A stretch of DNA of 64,000 nt, from contig JBFWNW010000001.1 of NCBI GenBank assembly GCA_050250855.1, positions 1 through 64,000 on the forward strand. Direction: 5' to 3'. Position numbers and translations under genes: made by a program. Position 1 is the first letter of the stretch. Every line of letters starts with the position of its first letter. Shown one piece after another: positions 47,876 through 58,154 of the stretch. Under the pieces are notes generated by a model, which worked only from the letters and a program-made list of their open reading frames with translations, was not told the origin of the DNA and ran no database searches. Origin of the DNA: Candidatus Babeliales bacterium (GTDB lineage: Bacteria > Babelota > Babeliae > Babelales > JACPOV01).

Positions 47876-50046
47876 GCTAAATCAGTGGTTAAAAATTCTT
47901 GTAAAAAAGTTTTTCTGATAATAGTTTTATTATTCTTAATAGCAATAGCAAGAGCTTTTGGTTGCCCAATAAAAATGCATAGTTTTTTTGCACGTGTAAT
48001 AGCAGTATAGATTAAATTTCGTTGCAAAAGCATAAAATGTTGCATAAAAATAGGAATGATAGCAACATCATATTCAGAGCCTTGGCTTTTATGAATAGAG
48101 ATAGCATATGCCAGTACTAGTTCATCAAGTTCATCAAATCTATATTCTACCGGCCGTTCATCAAAATTAACAATAACTGTTTTTTCTTCTTCTTGAATGG
48201 TTGAAATAGAACCAATATCACCATTAAATACCGATTTATCATAGTTATTACGAATTTGCATAACTTTATCATGTTCTTTAAAAACGGTGTTACCATACAT
48301 AACCTGCTTTTCAGATGATGGATTGATGATAATTTGTAAATCTTGATTTAATTTTATAGTACCAGCTATTCCTCGATTCATAGGTACCAGTACAATAGAA
48401 TCTTGATTATTAAAAGAGGCGCGGGGATGTTTTTTTGCATAAAGCTGTCTTAAATGGCCAGCGAGATTTTCTGGCTTTTCTTCTTTAATAAATAAAAAAT
48501 CTTTTTTTGCATCAGGCAAAAATGACACGGGAAATTCCCCACGATTTATTTTATGCGCATTAAGCGTAATTAAACTATTTTGTGCCTGCCTAAAAATATA
48601 ATGCAAACGCACGCTCGGAATTTTTTTACTTTCAATTAAATCTTTCAATACGCTGCCAGCGCCTACTGAAGGAAGTTGATCAACGTCACCAATAAAAATA
48701 ATATGGCTTGTTAAAGGAAGCGCTTTGACTAATGCATGCGCTAAAAAAGTATCGATCATTGAAGATTCATCAACAATTAAATAATCAAGTTTAAGGGCAT
48801 TTTGCTCATTATGCGTAAAGCTCATAGTACTGACATCAAACTCAAGAAGTCTGTGAAGCGTTGATGCATGCTTTCCTGTTCCTTCCATCATACGCTTTGC
48901 AGCTCTTCCTGTTGGTGCTGCTAAACGATAGGTTACTTTGTGTTCATCAAGAATTGCCAAAAGGCGTTTAATAAGCGTAGTTTTTCCCGTACCAGGGCCA
49001 CCCGTTATTACGCATGCTTTGTGCGTAAGGCTGGTTATAATAGCATGTTGCTGATCTTCGTTAAGCATAAATCCATGCTTATCTGGTACGCGTAAACGTG
49101 TATAGACTTCATCTATATTAAACGTATGTGCAACAGGGTGTTCAAGCAACGTGCGCAATTTATTGGCAAGACCTTTTTCAGAAAAATAGAATTGAGAAAG
49201 CGTAATAAAATGTTTTTCTTGATGAGAAATTAATTTTATTTTTTCATGTTCATAGAGTTCATGGAGCGCCATTTTTATTTTTTGATCAGGCTCACGTGCA
49301 CCTAATTCGAGCAACTCTATGGTTTTTTCTTTTAAGTCTTGCAGTTCAAGATATAAATGACCATTGCTTGTGGCTTGCGATAGTACAAAAGAAATACCCG
49401 CTTTAATGCGTTTGATAGAATCTTGCTCAAAGCCCAATTTTTGAGCAACAGCATCAGCAGATTTAAAACCTACGCCCCAAATATCTTCTGCAAGGCGATA
49501 AGGATTTTCATTGAGGACACTAATGGATGCTTGGCCATATTTTTTATAGATTTTTGTTGCAAATATAGGCGAGAGTCCTTTGTCTTGCAAAAAGATCATG
49601 ATAGTAGAAATTTCTTTTTGCTCGTGCCACGCTTGCGTAATTTGCTCAATACGCTTAGGCCCAATACCTTCAATTTCAGAAAGTTTTTCTGGTGTTTTAT
49701 CGATGATATCTAAAATAGCAACACCAAAATGCTCAACCATTTTTTGAGCATACACTTTGCCAATTCCTTTAATGAGTCCTGAGCCTAGATATTTTTTTAA
49801 ACCAAGAATATTTGTTGGTAGTTGTGCTTTACATTCGGTTGCTTGGAACTGCCTGCCAAATTTGGCATGCATGGTCCATTGTCCTTTAAGTGTGACCTGT
49901 TCACCTGCATGTATGCCAGGAACAGTTCCGGTTACTACCGTTTGTGCGTTGGCAGAAATCTGCAAAACAAATACGCAGTAACCGGAGTCAGCGCTTTGAA
50001 AAAGAAAGCGATCTACAATCCCACTAATATGACTTGATTCATCCAT
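47866..50046 (-). CDS. recD2: ATP-dependent RecD2-like helicase
   Basis: FGRQF, YLGSGLIKGIG HhH, GGPGTGKT, APTGRAAKR, DESSM, GDVDQLPSVG, HKSQGSEY, YTAITRAK. Confidence 0.95.
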   Translation of the reverse strand: MDESSHISGIVDRFLFQSADSGYCVFVLQISANAQTVVTGTVPGIHAGEQVTLKGQWTMHAKFGRQFQATECKAQLPTNILGLKKYLGSGLIKGIGKVYAQKMVEHFGVAILDIIDKTPEKLSEIEGIGPKRIEQITQAWHEQKEISTIMIFLQDKGLSPIFATKIYKKYGQASISVLNENPYRLAEDIWGVGFKSADAVAQKLGFEQDSIKRIKAGISFVLSQATSNGHLYLELQDLKEKTIELLELGAREPDQKIKMALHELYEHEKIKLISHQEKHFITLSQFYFSEKGLANKLRTLLEHPVAHTFNIDEVYTRLRVPDKHGFMLNEDQQHAIITSLTHKACVITGGPGTGKTTLIKRLLAILDEHKVTYRLAAPTGRAAKRMMEGTGKHASTLHRLLEFDVSTMSFTHNEQNALKLDYLIVDESSMIDTFLAHALVKALPLTSHIIFIGDVDQLPSVGAGSVLKDLIESKKIPSVRLHYIFRQAQNSLITLNAHKINRGEFPVSFLPDAKKDFLFIKEEKPENLAGHLRQLYAKKHPRASFNNQDSIVLVPMNRGIAGTIKLNQDLQIIINPSSEKQVMYGNTVFKEHDKVMQIRNNYDKSVFNGDIGSISTIQEEEKTVIVNFDERPVEYRFDELDELVLAYAISIHKSQGSEYDVAIIPIFMQHFMLLQRNLIYTAITRAKKLCIFIGQPKALAIAIKNNKTIIRKTFLQEFLTTDLACR

Positions 50047-50049
50047 AAA

Positions 50050-50700
50050 TTATTTTTTAGCTTTTTTTTGAAGATCTAAAAATTGTTGCCATCCTCGTGG
50101 GCAGCTTTGAATAAGGTCAGACATGAAGCTTACTAAATCTTGACAGAATACATGCAAATGCTCAAAAGAAGTAGTCTTTTGTCTAAAAGTATCAAATTCA
50201 TGCCCATCTTTTTCACGTGCCCAATAAAGAAGAGGACTCTCTTCACGCTCATGCTTTTCAGACCATTCTTTAATAAAGCCAAGCGTTACCGATTTTACGC
50301 CACGAGCTTGTTCAACAAAGGGCATTGATATGTGAATGAAATCTTCGATAACCGAATGTAACAATGCTTTGAACTCTTTTTTCTCTGAAGCTGATAGGAA
50401 TGGATACTGTTCTTGCTCAAATTCAGCAAGTGTTGCAATACAATGGATTCTATCACCAAATAAGTATTTTCCTTTACGGATTTTTGTATGAGGATCAAGA
50501 ACACCATATACCAATTTTTCAACTTCACGAATCATATAAATCATTTTTTTTATTTCATAGCCATTAATCCCAAAGGGCGTTCCATCTATAATGGCAGAGA
50601 CGGTAATAGGAGGATTTTCATGGCTATGGATAGGCTCATGAGAATTTGCCTGTAGGAGTGAACATGTTAAAGTGCAATATAAGATCATTTTTTTATTCAT
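50050..50700 (-). CDS. Exported hypothetical protein
   Basis: Likely start ATG 50700 (MNKKMILYCTLTCSLLQA, aaggag RBS); the ORF-track extension to 50883 overlaps the upstream gene. Confidence 0.7.
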   Translation of the reverse strand: MNKKMILYCTLTCSLLQANSHEPIHSHENPPITVSAIIDGTPFGINGYEIKKMIYMIREVEKLVYGVLDPHTKIRKGKYLFGDRIHCIATLAEFEQEQYPFLSASEKKEFKALLHSVIEDFIHISMPFVEQARGVKSVTLGFIKEWSEKHEREESPLLYWAREKDGHEFDTFRQKTTSFEHLHVFCQDLVSFMSDLIQSCPRGWQQFLDLQKKAKK

Positions 50701-50713
50701 AGGAAATCTCCTT

Positions 50714-52279
50714 TTATAAAATAAGTTCAAAACGTATACCAACGTTAAAATCTTTACCAATACCAGATCTGAGTACCGTCTGATCGCCATAAAGAGCAAG
50801 GCTCCATGTATAACGATGACCATCTCTAAAATAAATAACCGATCCAAAAACTTTTGCTTGGAATGCCGGAGGTCTTTGTGCAATACCTTTGCGCAAGCGC
50901 TTATCTTCTTCTGGTGGGGCTACAATTTTGCCCAATGTTTCGCCTTGTTGCCACCAGATGTCTTGTCCTAAATTAAGTTGTATCTTTCCTTGAGCCATGG
51001 TTCCATTTATCGCATTAGTAAGCTTAAATATAAAACCAGGCAATACAAGCGTATTGAATCCTTCAGGGAAAAATGTTTCTATAATCTGTTGCTCCAAAAA
51101 GCGTAACTGTTCACAAGGATTATTAAAATTAGGATTATTTAAAGCTTCAAACTCTGCTAGATTTTTTTTACGAATAAAGAATCTTCGTTCCCACATAGGA
51201 AAAATATATTCAAGGTTTGCACGCGTTCTAAATTCAAGTTTAGGTTTTACCAATTGTCGATATTCAATAACGGGCCCAGCGCCAAAATGGCCATTATTAC
51301 CAGGGCTTGTTTCAAGCAAAATAGTGGAAAGACGATCAAGGGCCTTTACGCTAAAGTCTACACCGATTGCTTGGGCTGCATCAATATTACCATTAATAAT
51401 CAAATTACAAATTTCACAAAGATCAATAGTTGGCGTAGGAGCATTTTTAGAAAAATGGTTTCCATAAAGGCCGCGCTTGAAAGAAAGGGCAGTGGGAATT
51501 GTTGCTTCAGCACCAAAAATAACGCGTTGTGTTGGTTTATCAATGGCAACATAATCAACATTGAATCTTGAATCCCCTATGCCAAAGCGGTCTGCAATAA
51601 GATGTTGGCGCGCAAAACTAAGATCTCCCGAATCGCCAAAAAATGCTTCAACAGCACGTACTTCTTCTGGCGTCAAATAAAAATTACGGAAAAGATAGAT
51701 AAGCGGCGTTTCAAAAGAAAAGTACCAATCAGAATAATAACGAGCAGCACCAAGCATAATCCCAGCACGGCGTTCTTGGATTTTTAAATCTTCAAATAAA
51801 GAAAGCGCATCGCGTATTGGAAAATTTAAACCGAACTGTTCAAAAGCACGAGCAAAGCCAAATGCTAAATAAGAATTAATGCCCGTTCCATCGCGTGTAA
51901 AGTTACCTTTATGTGTTTCATTGTAAAAGAGGTGTATAAAAGGTTGCCATACGTTGCCCTTTTGCGTGCAGGGAAGGCAGGAGAAAAAATAAAATTCTGG
52001 TAAATCAAGAATTGATCGTTGATTAATAGGATGAGTAAATTTATAGAGGTCTTGTGAGAATATTCCTTGTGTTGCTAAAATCCCATCACAATCCGTGCAG
52101 CAAGATCGCGTGAAGGCGCGTAATGTTCTTTCAGGTGTATAGGCTTCAGGTTTGAATTCTATAGGTTCATCAGGCCCTTCTTCTATAAATGAAAAGAGAT
52201 CAGTTGTTTGCGCATGAAGCAACGATATGAAAAAGAAGGTGAAAAGGCAGTGCCAAGCAGTACGATGCAGACTCTTCAT
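50714..52279 (-). CDS. Exported hypothetical protein, probable outer-membrane beta-barrel
   Basis: Signal peptide, TRSCC motif, many amphipathic strands, C-terminal FNVGIRFELIL strand. Confidence 0.6.
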   Translation of the reverse strand: MKSLHRTAWHCLFTFFFISLLHAQTTDLFSFIEEGPDEPIEFKPEAYTPERTLRAFTRSCCTDCDGILATQGIFSQDLYKFTHPINQRSILDLPEFYFFSCLPCTQKGNVWQPFIHLFYNETHKGNFTRDGTGINSYLAFGFARAFEQFGLNFPIRDALSLFEDLKIQERRAGIMLGAARYYSDWYFSFETPLIYLFRNFYLTPEEVRAVEAFFGDSGDLSFARQHLIADRFGIGDSRFNVDYVAIDKPTQRVIFGAEATIPTALSFKRGLYGNHFSKNAPTPTIDLCEICNLIINGNIDAAQAIGVDFSVKALDRLSTILLETSPGNNGHFGAGPVIEYRQLVKPKLEFRTRANLEYIFPMWERRFFIRKKNLAEFEALNNPNFNNPCEQLRFLEQQIIETFFPEGFNTLVLPGFIFKLTNAINGTMAQGKIQLNLGQDIWWQQGETLGKIVAPPEEDKRLRKGIAQRPPAFQAKVFGSVIYFRDGHRYTWSLALYGDQTVLRSGIGKDFNVGIRFELIL

Positions 52280-52483
52280 AAAATTTTTTAACCTTTATGG
52301 TTTGATACTTGATTACTACGTAAATACGTGGAAAAATATATAAAATTATAAGCTGATAAAAATATTATTTAATCTATCAAGTTTTGATTAATAAGGCAAA
52401 AAAGCCCTAGGCTGCTCGCTTTTTTATGCAAAACATTTAAGCTTATTATATTCTTACTACTTATATGCTAAAAGGTTTTTTTC

Positions 52484-53206
52484 ATGATGTCTAAAAATAA
52501 TACCATGGGTTTATCACTTGAGGGGAATATTGGAGCAGGGAAATCTACATTTCTTGGTTTAATTAATCAGTGGCTTGATGTTCAGATTGTTTATGAGCCG
52601 CATACAAAATGGCAAGACGTTGGTGGCTTTAATATATTGGATTCTTTTTATCAAGATCCATCACGTTGGGCCTATACATTTCAAACGTATGCATTTGTCA
52701 GTCGTGTTGTTGAACAAGAAAAATATGCACGTCATGCAACCAAGGCTGTTCAGGTGCTTGAGCGCTCTATTTATTCAGATCGCTACTGTTTTGCTAAAAA
52801 CTGCTTTGAAATGGGCACCATGACAGCGCTTGAATGGAAGCTGTATCAAGAGTGGTTTTCGTGGCTTGAAGGTGCTTATACTTCACGCATTCAAGGCCTT
52901 ATCTATTTGCAGACAGACCCTACAATTTGTTATAGCAGGCTCAAAAAGCGAGCGCGCGCAGAAGAGCAAGGTGTTAGCCTTGAGTACCTTACTATGATTC
53001 ATAAAAAGCATGAACAGTGGCTCGTAGATAAGGAGGAGGTTGATACCTATTTGCAAAAAGTGCCTGTTCTTGTTCTAGAATGTAATAAAGAGTTTGAGCA
53101 TGATGTGGTAGAACAGCAGAAACACATGCAGAAAATTAGTGATTTTTTTGGCATTCCTTTTAAATATAATGGGGTAAAGCAGCAAAATAATGCAATCTGC
53201 TTGTAA
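52484..53206 (+). CDS. Deoxynucleoside kinase (dCK/dGK family)
   Basis: EGNIGAGKST P-loop, EP..KW, RWAYTFQ, ERSIYSD, R.RAEE lid. Confidence 0.92.
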   Translation: MMSKNNTMGLSLEGNIGAGKSTFLGLINQWLDVQIVYEPHTKWQDVGGFNILDSFYQDPSRWAYTFQTYAFVSRVVEQEKYARHATKAVQVLERSIYSDRYCFAKNCFEMGTMTALEWKLYQEWFSWLEGAYTSRIQGLIYLQTDPTICYSRLKKRARAEEQGVSLEYLTMIHKKHEQWLVDKEEVDTYLQKVPVLVLECNKEFEHDVVEQQKHMQKISDFFGIPFKYNGVKQQNNAICL

Positions 53207-53275
53207 AAAGGCTTTTTTTTGCGTTAGAATAGGAATGAAGAATTAAAAAAATATTACTACGCTGAAAGGGTCTTA

Positions 53276-53524
53276 ATGGAAGGTATTTTTATCGTAAAAG
53301 CTGCATCGGCTATGGCAGCGGCACTTGTTATGGGTATTGGCAGCCTTATGCCTGCTTACGGACAGGGTATAGTTGCTGCAAAGGCTTGTGAAAATATGGG
53401 CAAATACCCAGAAAGCGCGCGTACTATTCGTGGTGCGATGTTTATGGCCATGGGTATTATTGAAACATCTGCTATTTATGCCTTTTTAATTTCCTTGTTT
53501 TTGATTTTTATTGGGCTTCGCTAA
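53276..53524 (+). CDS. atpE: F0F1 ATP synthase subunit c (Na+-type signature)
   Basis: 82-aa helical hairpin, P26-x3-Q30, KYPE loop, E63-T64-S65-x2-Y68. Confidence 0.92.
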   Translation: MEGIFIVKAASAMAAALVMGIGSLMPAYGQGIVAAKACENMGKYPESARTIRGAMFMAMGIIETSAIYAFLISLFLIFIGLR

Positions 53525-53540
53525 ACTTAATAGAGATTAA

Positions 53541-53915
53541 ATGAATCTTAATGGCACTGTTTTTGTTCAAATAATTAATTTCTTTATTGCTTATATTATT
53601 ATTGATCGTATCCTTTTGCGTCGTGCCATTTTTTTTATACAGAAAGAAAACGCTGATCAAGCCAGTTTGATGAAAGATATTCAGCAAGAGCGGGATATCG
53701 TCGAGCAAAAGCAGCGTATAAAAGATAATGATTGGCTCCATTTCTGTAAAGAATTTGGCAAAAAGTCTCCAGGTCAACCAGTTTTTCCTTCTGCGCAAGA
53801 GTTTGTTCAACCACTTTCTCCCGTATCAAAACCTGATCAACAGCATATAGATTCTTCTATCAATAATCTTACGAATTTTATAGAAAAGAAGGTGAGTGAT
53901 GTTGAGTGTTCATAG
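53541..53915 (+). CDS. ATP synthase subunit b'-like
   Basis: MNLNGTVFVQIINF N-terminus typical of b/b'; position after atpE. Confidence 0.75.
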   Translation: MNLNGTVFVQIINFFIAYIIIDRILLRRAIFFIQKENADQASLMKDIQQERDIVEQKQRIKDNDWLHFCKEFGKKSPGQPVFPSAQEFVQPLSPVSKPDQQHIDSSINNLTNFIEKKVSDVECS

Positions 53916-54390
53916 TATACGTTTTATTTTTAATGCTCTCAATACTGGTGCCTTTTTTGGTCTTATTTATTTTGTTTTTATCAAGAAAGTAAAACCTGGT
54001 ATAAAAACAAAGATTCAAGAAGAAGAAATTTTTTGGCAAAATCTTCATATAAATAAACAGGCATTACTTGATCAGCAGCATAAGCTTGATCTTGAAATTG
54101 ATATGCAAAAATTATATGGTACTGGTTTATTAAAAAAAATTGAACAATGGCACCATACGGTTGATGAACAGCAGGAACAGTTTAATGCTCAAGCGCAAGA
54201 ATGTGCACAAAAAATGTATCATCATTCTTTAAAGATACAAGAGCACAGAATGCAAGAAGAAATGATGCGTGTAGTTATTCCTCAAGCATGTGCCAAAACG
54301 CGTAAAGCGATGCATACAAAATTTGAAGATAGTAAAGCCGTTGAACATTATTTTGATAAAATATTTTCATGTATTAACAAGAGTTCTTGA
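53896..54390 (+). CDS. atpF: ATP synthase subunit b-like (divergent)
   Basis: N-terminal TM (ALN...F.GLIYF), coiled-coil body, position between b' and delta. Confidence 0.65.
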   Translation: MMLSVHSIRFIFNALNTGAFFGLIYFVFIKKVKPGIKTKIQEEEIFWQNLHINKQALLDQQHKLDLEIDMQKLYGTGLLKKIEQWHHTVDEQQEQFNAQAQECAQKMYHHSLKIQEHRMQEEMMRVVIPQACAKTRKAMHTKFEDSKAVEHYFDKIFSCINKSS

Positions 54391-54929
54391 TGAATAGAGT
54401 AGAACAAAATCTTGCCGCTCGTTATGCACAGGCCTTTTTAAATACTGTTGGCAAAGATCTTGCATTGCAAGATTATCAAGCTGCGCTCCATTTATATGAA
54501 TATTTAAAAGAGCATGCAAACCTTATTCTTTATTTTAGATTGCCGCACATGTATGAGGTAAAAAAAGAAGCATTGCATACCTTATTACAATCTTTTTCAC
54601 TGCCAACGGTGTTTGAAAAGATTACTGATTTGCTCCTTGAGCATCAACGCACTTTTTTAATAAAAGATTTTTTAGGTGCATTTCTTGCGTTGTATCGCAA
54701 AAAACATGGAATAGTTTTTTTTACGCTTAAAAGTTCTCATGAACTATCTGCTGAGCACAAAGCAGAATTGCTGCGTTTTATTGAACGTAAAACGGGTAAA
54801 ACTGTTTTGTGTAAGACAGTAATAGATAAAAATTTGATAGCAGGTATTAGGCTTTTAAGTTCAACGTTGCTGTGGGAATATTCGGTCAATAAAACATTGC
54901 GGGATGCCCGATTGGCATTGCGTTCATAG
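54387..54929 (+). CDS. atpH: ATP synthase subunit delta
   Basis: LAARYAQAF, IDKNLIAGIRL, size and position before atpA. Confidence 0.88.
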   Translation: MMNRVEQNLAARYAQAFLNTVGKDLALQDYQAALHLYEYLKEHANLILYFRLPHMYEVKKEALHTLLQSFSLPTVFEKITDLLLEHQRTFLIKDFLGAFLALYRKKHGIVFFTLKSSHELSAEHKAELLRFIERKTGKTVLCKTVIDKNLIAGIRLLSSTLLWEYSVNKTLRDARLALRS

Positions 54930-54946
54930 AAAGTGGATATGGGTTT

Positions 54947-56446
54947 ATGTTAAAAAATTCTGATTTAGTATCATTATTTGAAAGGTCACTTAGCAATAAA
55001 GTTTCTCATAACTTTGATGAGATTGGTATTGTTATCCAAGTTGGTGATAATATTTGCCGCGTTCATGGCCTTGAGAATGTTCTTTTTGGTGAACTTGTTG
55101 AATTTGAGCAGGGTAATAAAGGAATTGTGCTTAATTTAGCAGAAGATTATGTATCTATTTTTTTGCTTGATATGCATATTCCTGTTAATGAACTTGAAGT
55201 GGTCAAACGAACTGGCACCGTTTTTAAAGTTCCTGTGGGGATGGATCTTTTGGGTCGCGTTATTGATGCAACGGGCAAACCGCTTGATGCGTTAGGTGAC
55301 ATTAAATTTGATGAAATGCGTTCTGTTGAAGAACAAGCTCCTGGCATTATTGAACGTAGTCCTGTTAATGAACCGCTTGAAACAGGAATCATGGCTATCG
55401 ATGCATTAGTGCCAATTGGCCGCGGTCAACGTGAACTGATTATTGGTAATCGTAATACCGGTAAAAGTTCTGTCGTGCTTGATACCATTATTCATCAAAA
55501 AGGAAAAAATGTTGTATGTATTTACGTTTCCATCGGCCAGCGTGGTGCAAGCTTAGCGCGTATAATCAATACGTTGCAGCAGCATGGTGCCCTTGAATAT
55601 ACCGTTATTGTCAGTGCAGACGCTTCTCAGACGGTACTTAAACAATACTTAGCGCCCTATGTAGGCACCGTAATTGGTGAATATTTCCGTGATAAAGGCC
55701 GTGACGCCTTAATTGTTTATGATGATTTGACTAATCACGCTATTGCTTACCGTGAAATGTCATTGCTCATGCGCCGTGCGCCGGGGCGTGAAGCGTATCC
55801 TGGCGACGTGTTTTATCTACATTCCCGTCTTTTAGAGCGTTCTGGTAAATTAAAAAGTGGTTTTTCATTAACAGCGTTGCCGTTGGTACAAATCCAGGGC
55901 GATGATATTACTGCCTACATTCCAACCAATCTTATTTCCATTACGGATGGCCAAGTATTTCTTGATTCCCACTTATTTAATCAGGGGATTAGGCCAGCGG
56001 TAAACGTAGAGCTTTCCGTTTCACGTGTTGGTGGTGCTGCGCAGACCAAAGCAATTAAGAAGATGACCAAAGCGTTACGCTTGGAGCTTGCGCAATATCA
56101 TGAACTTCTTGATTTTGCACAGTTTGGTACTGAGCTAGATACCGTAGCGCAGAAGAAATTAGCCCGTGGAGCTTTGGCAGTAGAACTTTTAAAGCAGCGC
56201 CAATTTGAAGGGTATTCATTTGTTGACCAAGCTCTTATGCTCTTTTTGCTTAAAGAGAATTTCTTAGATCCTATAGGTAAAGAGCATGCGGCGCAGTTTG
56301 CCCATCAGTTTATTAGCTATGTTGCTTCAGTCTACCAAGAGCTCTATCAAACAATATTAGAAACCAAAGATATTTCCAATGTACAAGAAGATGAGCTGAG
56401 AAAGGTTGCAAAAGAGTTTAGCAAAATCTTTGTAGCAAAGGTGTAA
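54947..56446 (+). CDS. atpA: ATP synthase subunit alpha
   Basis: PIGRGQRELIIG.R.TGKS, PGREAYPGDVFYLHSRLLER, SVSRVGGAAQ. Confidence 0.97.
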   Translation: MLKNSDLVSLFERSLSNKVSHNFDEIGIVIQVGDNICRVHGLENVLFGELVEFEQGNKGIVLNLAEDYVSIFLLDMHIPVNELEVVKRTGTVFKVPVGMDLLGRVIDATGKPLDALGDIKFDEMRSVEEQAPGIIERSPVNEPLETGIMAIDALVPIGRGQRELIIGNRNTGKSSVVLDTIIHQKGKNVVCIYVSIGQRGASLARIINTLQQHGALEYTVIVSADASQTVLKQYLAPYVGTVIGEYFRDKGRDALIVYDDLTNHAIAYREMSLLMRRAPGREAYPGDVFYLHSRLLERSGKLKSGFSLTALPLVQIQGDDITAYIPTNLISITDGQVFLDSHLFNQGIRPAVNVELSVSRVGGAAQTKAIKKMTKALRLELAQYHELLDFAQFGTELDTVAQKKLARGALAVELLKQRQFEGYSFVDQALMLFLLKENFLDPIGKEHAAQFAHQFISYVASVYQELYQTILETKDISNVQEDELRKVAKEFSKIFVAKV

Positions 56447-56461
56447 AAAATACCTGATACT

Positions 56462-56490
56462 TTGCACTAAATTCTGATTTGCTCTATACT
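56462..56490 (+). promoter_or_regulatory. Putative sigma70 promoter of tRNA-Arg
   Basis: TTGCAC-17 bp-TATACT, about 30 bp upstream of the tRNA. Confidence 0.55.
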
Positions 56491-56519
56491 ATAAAAACTT
56501 ATCAAAAAATAACATTCTG

Positions 56520-56596
56520 GTGCCCGTAGCTCAGCTGGATAGAGCGACAGACTTCTAATCTGTAGGTCGCAGGTTCGAATCCTGCCGGGCACACCA
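56520..56596 (+). tRNA. tRNA-Arg(UCU)
   Basis: Acceptor GTGCCCG/CGGGCAC-A-CCA, D arm gctc-agctggata-gagc, anticodon arm acaga-ctTCTaa-tctgt, T loop gttcgaat. Confidence 0.97.
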
Positions 56597-56630
56597 GGCT
56601 TCGCCCATAAAGGGCTACGCCTGGCGAGCC
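56594..56630 (-). repeat. REP-like palindrome abutting the tRNA 3' end
   Basis: Reverse complement ggctcgccaggcgtagccctttatgggcgaagcctgg matches the module cc.gcgta.gc...gcgaag[ct]ctgg nested at 20549-20609; its terminal tgg is the tRNA CCA. Confidence 0.6.
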
Positions 56631-56712
56631 ATAAGCTGAGGAAGCGCTATAAGTAAAAATAGAACAAATGAGAAGCCTGTCCGGCATAGTTTGTCATATG
56701 AATAGATTAAAA

Positions 56713-57552
56713 ATGAAATTTTATAAATTTTGCCTTATTTTCTTAATGAGCAGTTGCTCTTATAGTGCTCAAATTAAGGAAATAGTTTCTTTACATGAAG
56801 CGCGAACTGTTTTAGAAAATTTAGATGAAAATGCCTTAGTTGTTTTTGATGTTGATGAGACATTGATAATTGCTGAAGATAAAATTAGGCGTAAAAATCC
56901 AGAACATGTTATCTCACATTTTAATGCATTGCATTTTGATATGCTTATAAAAGATGCTGATTATAAAGAGCATTTTGATAGCCTTATTTTGAACAGTGCA
57001 AGGCAAGCTTTAATTGAGGCTGAGAGTGTTTCTATAATTAATATGTTACAAGCAAAGAAAATTAAAACTATTGCATTGACGCATATGCATGCCGGAGCTT
57101 ATGGATTGATACCTTCAATGGAAGAATGGCGCTTTAAGCAGCTTTATAATCTCGGTATAAATTTTTGGCTGAATAATGACCAAGCGATTACTTTTTATGA
57201 TTTGCCAGCAATAAGGAACGCGTACCCTTTATTCTACAAAGGAATATTAGTAACGGCACGTGGATGTTCAAAAGGTGAGTTATTGTCAGCATTTCTGAAC
57301 TATTTAGATTGGAAGCCTTCGATGGTAGTATTTTTTGATGATAATTATTGTCATATAGAGTCTATTGATAAAGAAATGGCGCATGCTCATATACCATGTA
57401 TTTTATTTCATTATAGAGCAACAGAAATCATTAATGAGCCTATAGATTTTGACCCTGCAGCATTCCAATATCATTATTTATTTATGCATGAAAAATGGCT
57501 TAGCGATGTAGATGCTAAATTGTTGATGGATGATGAAAAGAATTATACTTAA
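56713..57552 (+). CDS. DUF2608-like HAD-superfamily protein
   Basis: VVFDVDETL (HAD motif I), IALT, KG.LL..FL, VFFDD; signal peptide from ATG 56713. Confidence 0.75.
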   Translation: MKFYKFCLIFLMSSCSYSAQIKEIVSLHEARTVLENLDENALVVFDVDETLIIAEDKIRRKNPEHVISHFNALHFDMLIKDADYKEHFDSLILNSARQALIEAESVSIINMLQAKKIKTIALTHMHAGAYGLIPSMEEWRFKQLYNLGINFWLNNDQAITFYDLPAIRNAYPLFYKGILVTARGCSKGELLSAFLNYLDWKPSMVVFFDDNYCHIESIDKEMAHAHIPCILFHYRATEIINEPIDFDPAAFQYHYLFMHEKWLSDVDAKLLMDDEKNYT

Positions 57553-57574
57553 ATATTAAAAAGCAAGGACTTAT

Positions 57575-58015
57575 ATGTCATTAAAATTAAATAAAATAAT
57601 TTTTTGTTTACCTTTTATTATGGGTGCAAATTTTATTTTTGCTGGTTTTTCTATAGATAATTTGACAGAAGAGCACAAACAAAAAATAGTGCATGAATTA
57701 GAATCAATGGAGGTGTCATTAGTACATACAGAATATATAGGCTACTCTTGGGGTGGGGATCCTATAGGTAAACTAGCATCAAGCGAGGAAATAATAACAG
57801 AAATATTAAAAAAATATCCAATGAATGAACAAGAACAGTCAGAATGGCTTGTTGATATTGCTAGCAAACCGATTAGATCAACTTATTATGGACCAATTTA
57901 TGCTCTAGATTGTCCGGAATATAAAGAAGGTGCTCTATCTTCTAAAGAAAAAGTAAAACTGTGGAGTAAATGGAGAGAAAAGCTCAATGAAGCGTTATTG
58001 CCAAAAAAAGAATAA
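57575..58015 (+). CDS. Exported hypothetical protein
   Basis: aagga RBS, signal peptide, 146 aa. Confidence 0.65.
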   Translation: MSLKLNKIIFCLPFIMGANFIFAGFSIDNLTEEHKQKIVHELESMEVSLVHTEYIGYSWGGDPIGKLASSEEIITEILKKYPMNEQEQSEWLVDIASKPIRSTYYGPIYALDCPEYKEGALSSKEKVKLWSKWREKLNEALLPKKE

Positions 58016-58154
58016 TTTAAAAGAAATTCTAACAATAATAAAAATAAAACTAAGCACGTAAAAGCTTGACTGGCGCAGTAATACTTTATTAACCTTCTCT
58101 TAGAACCTTTAAAGAATCGTAATAACAATTTTTAAAAATTTATGTGAGGTTTAA

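Noticed and set aside
56502..56687. 61-aa minus-strand ORF
   Set aside because: Antisense to tRNA-Arg.
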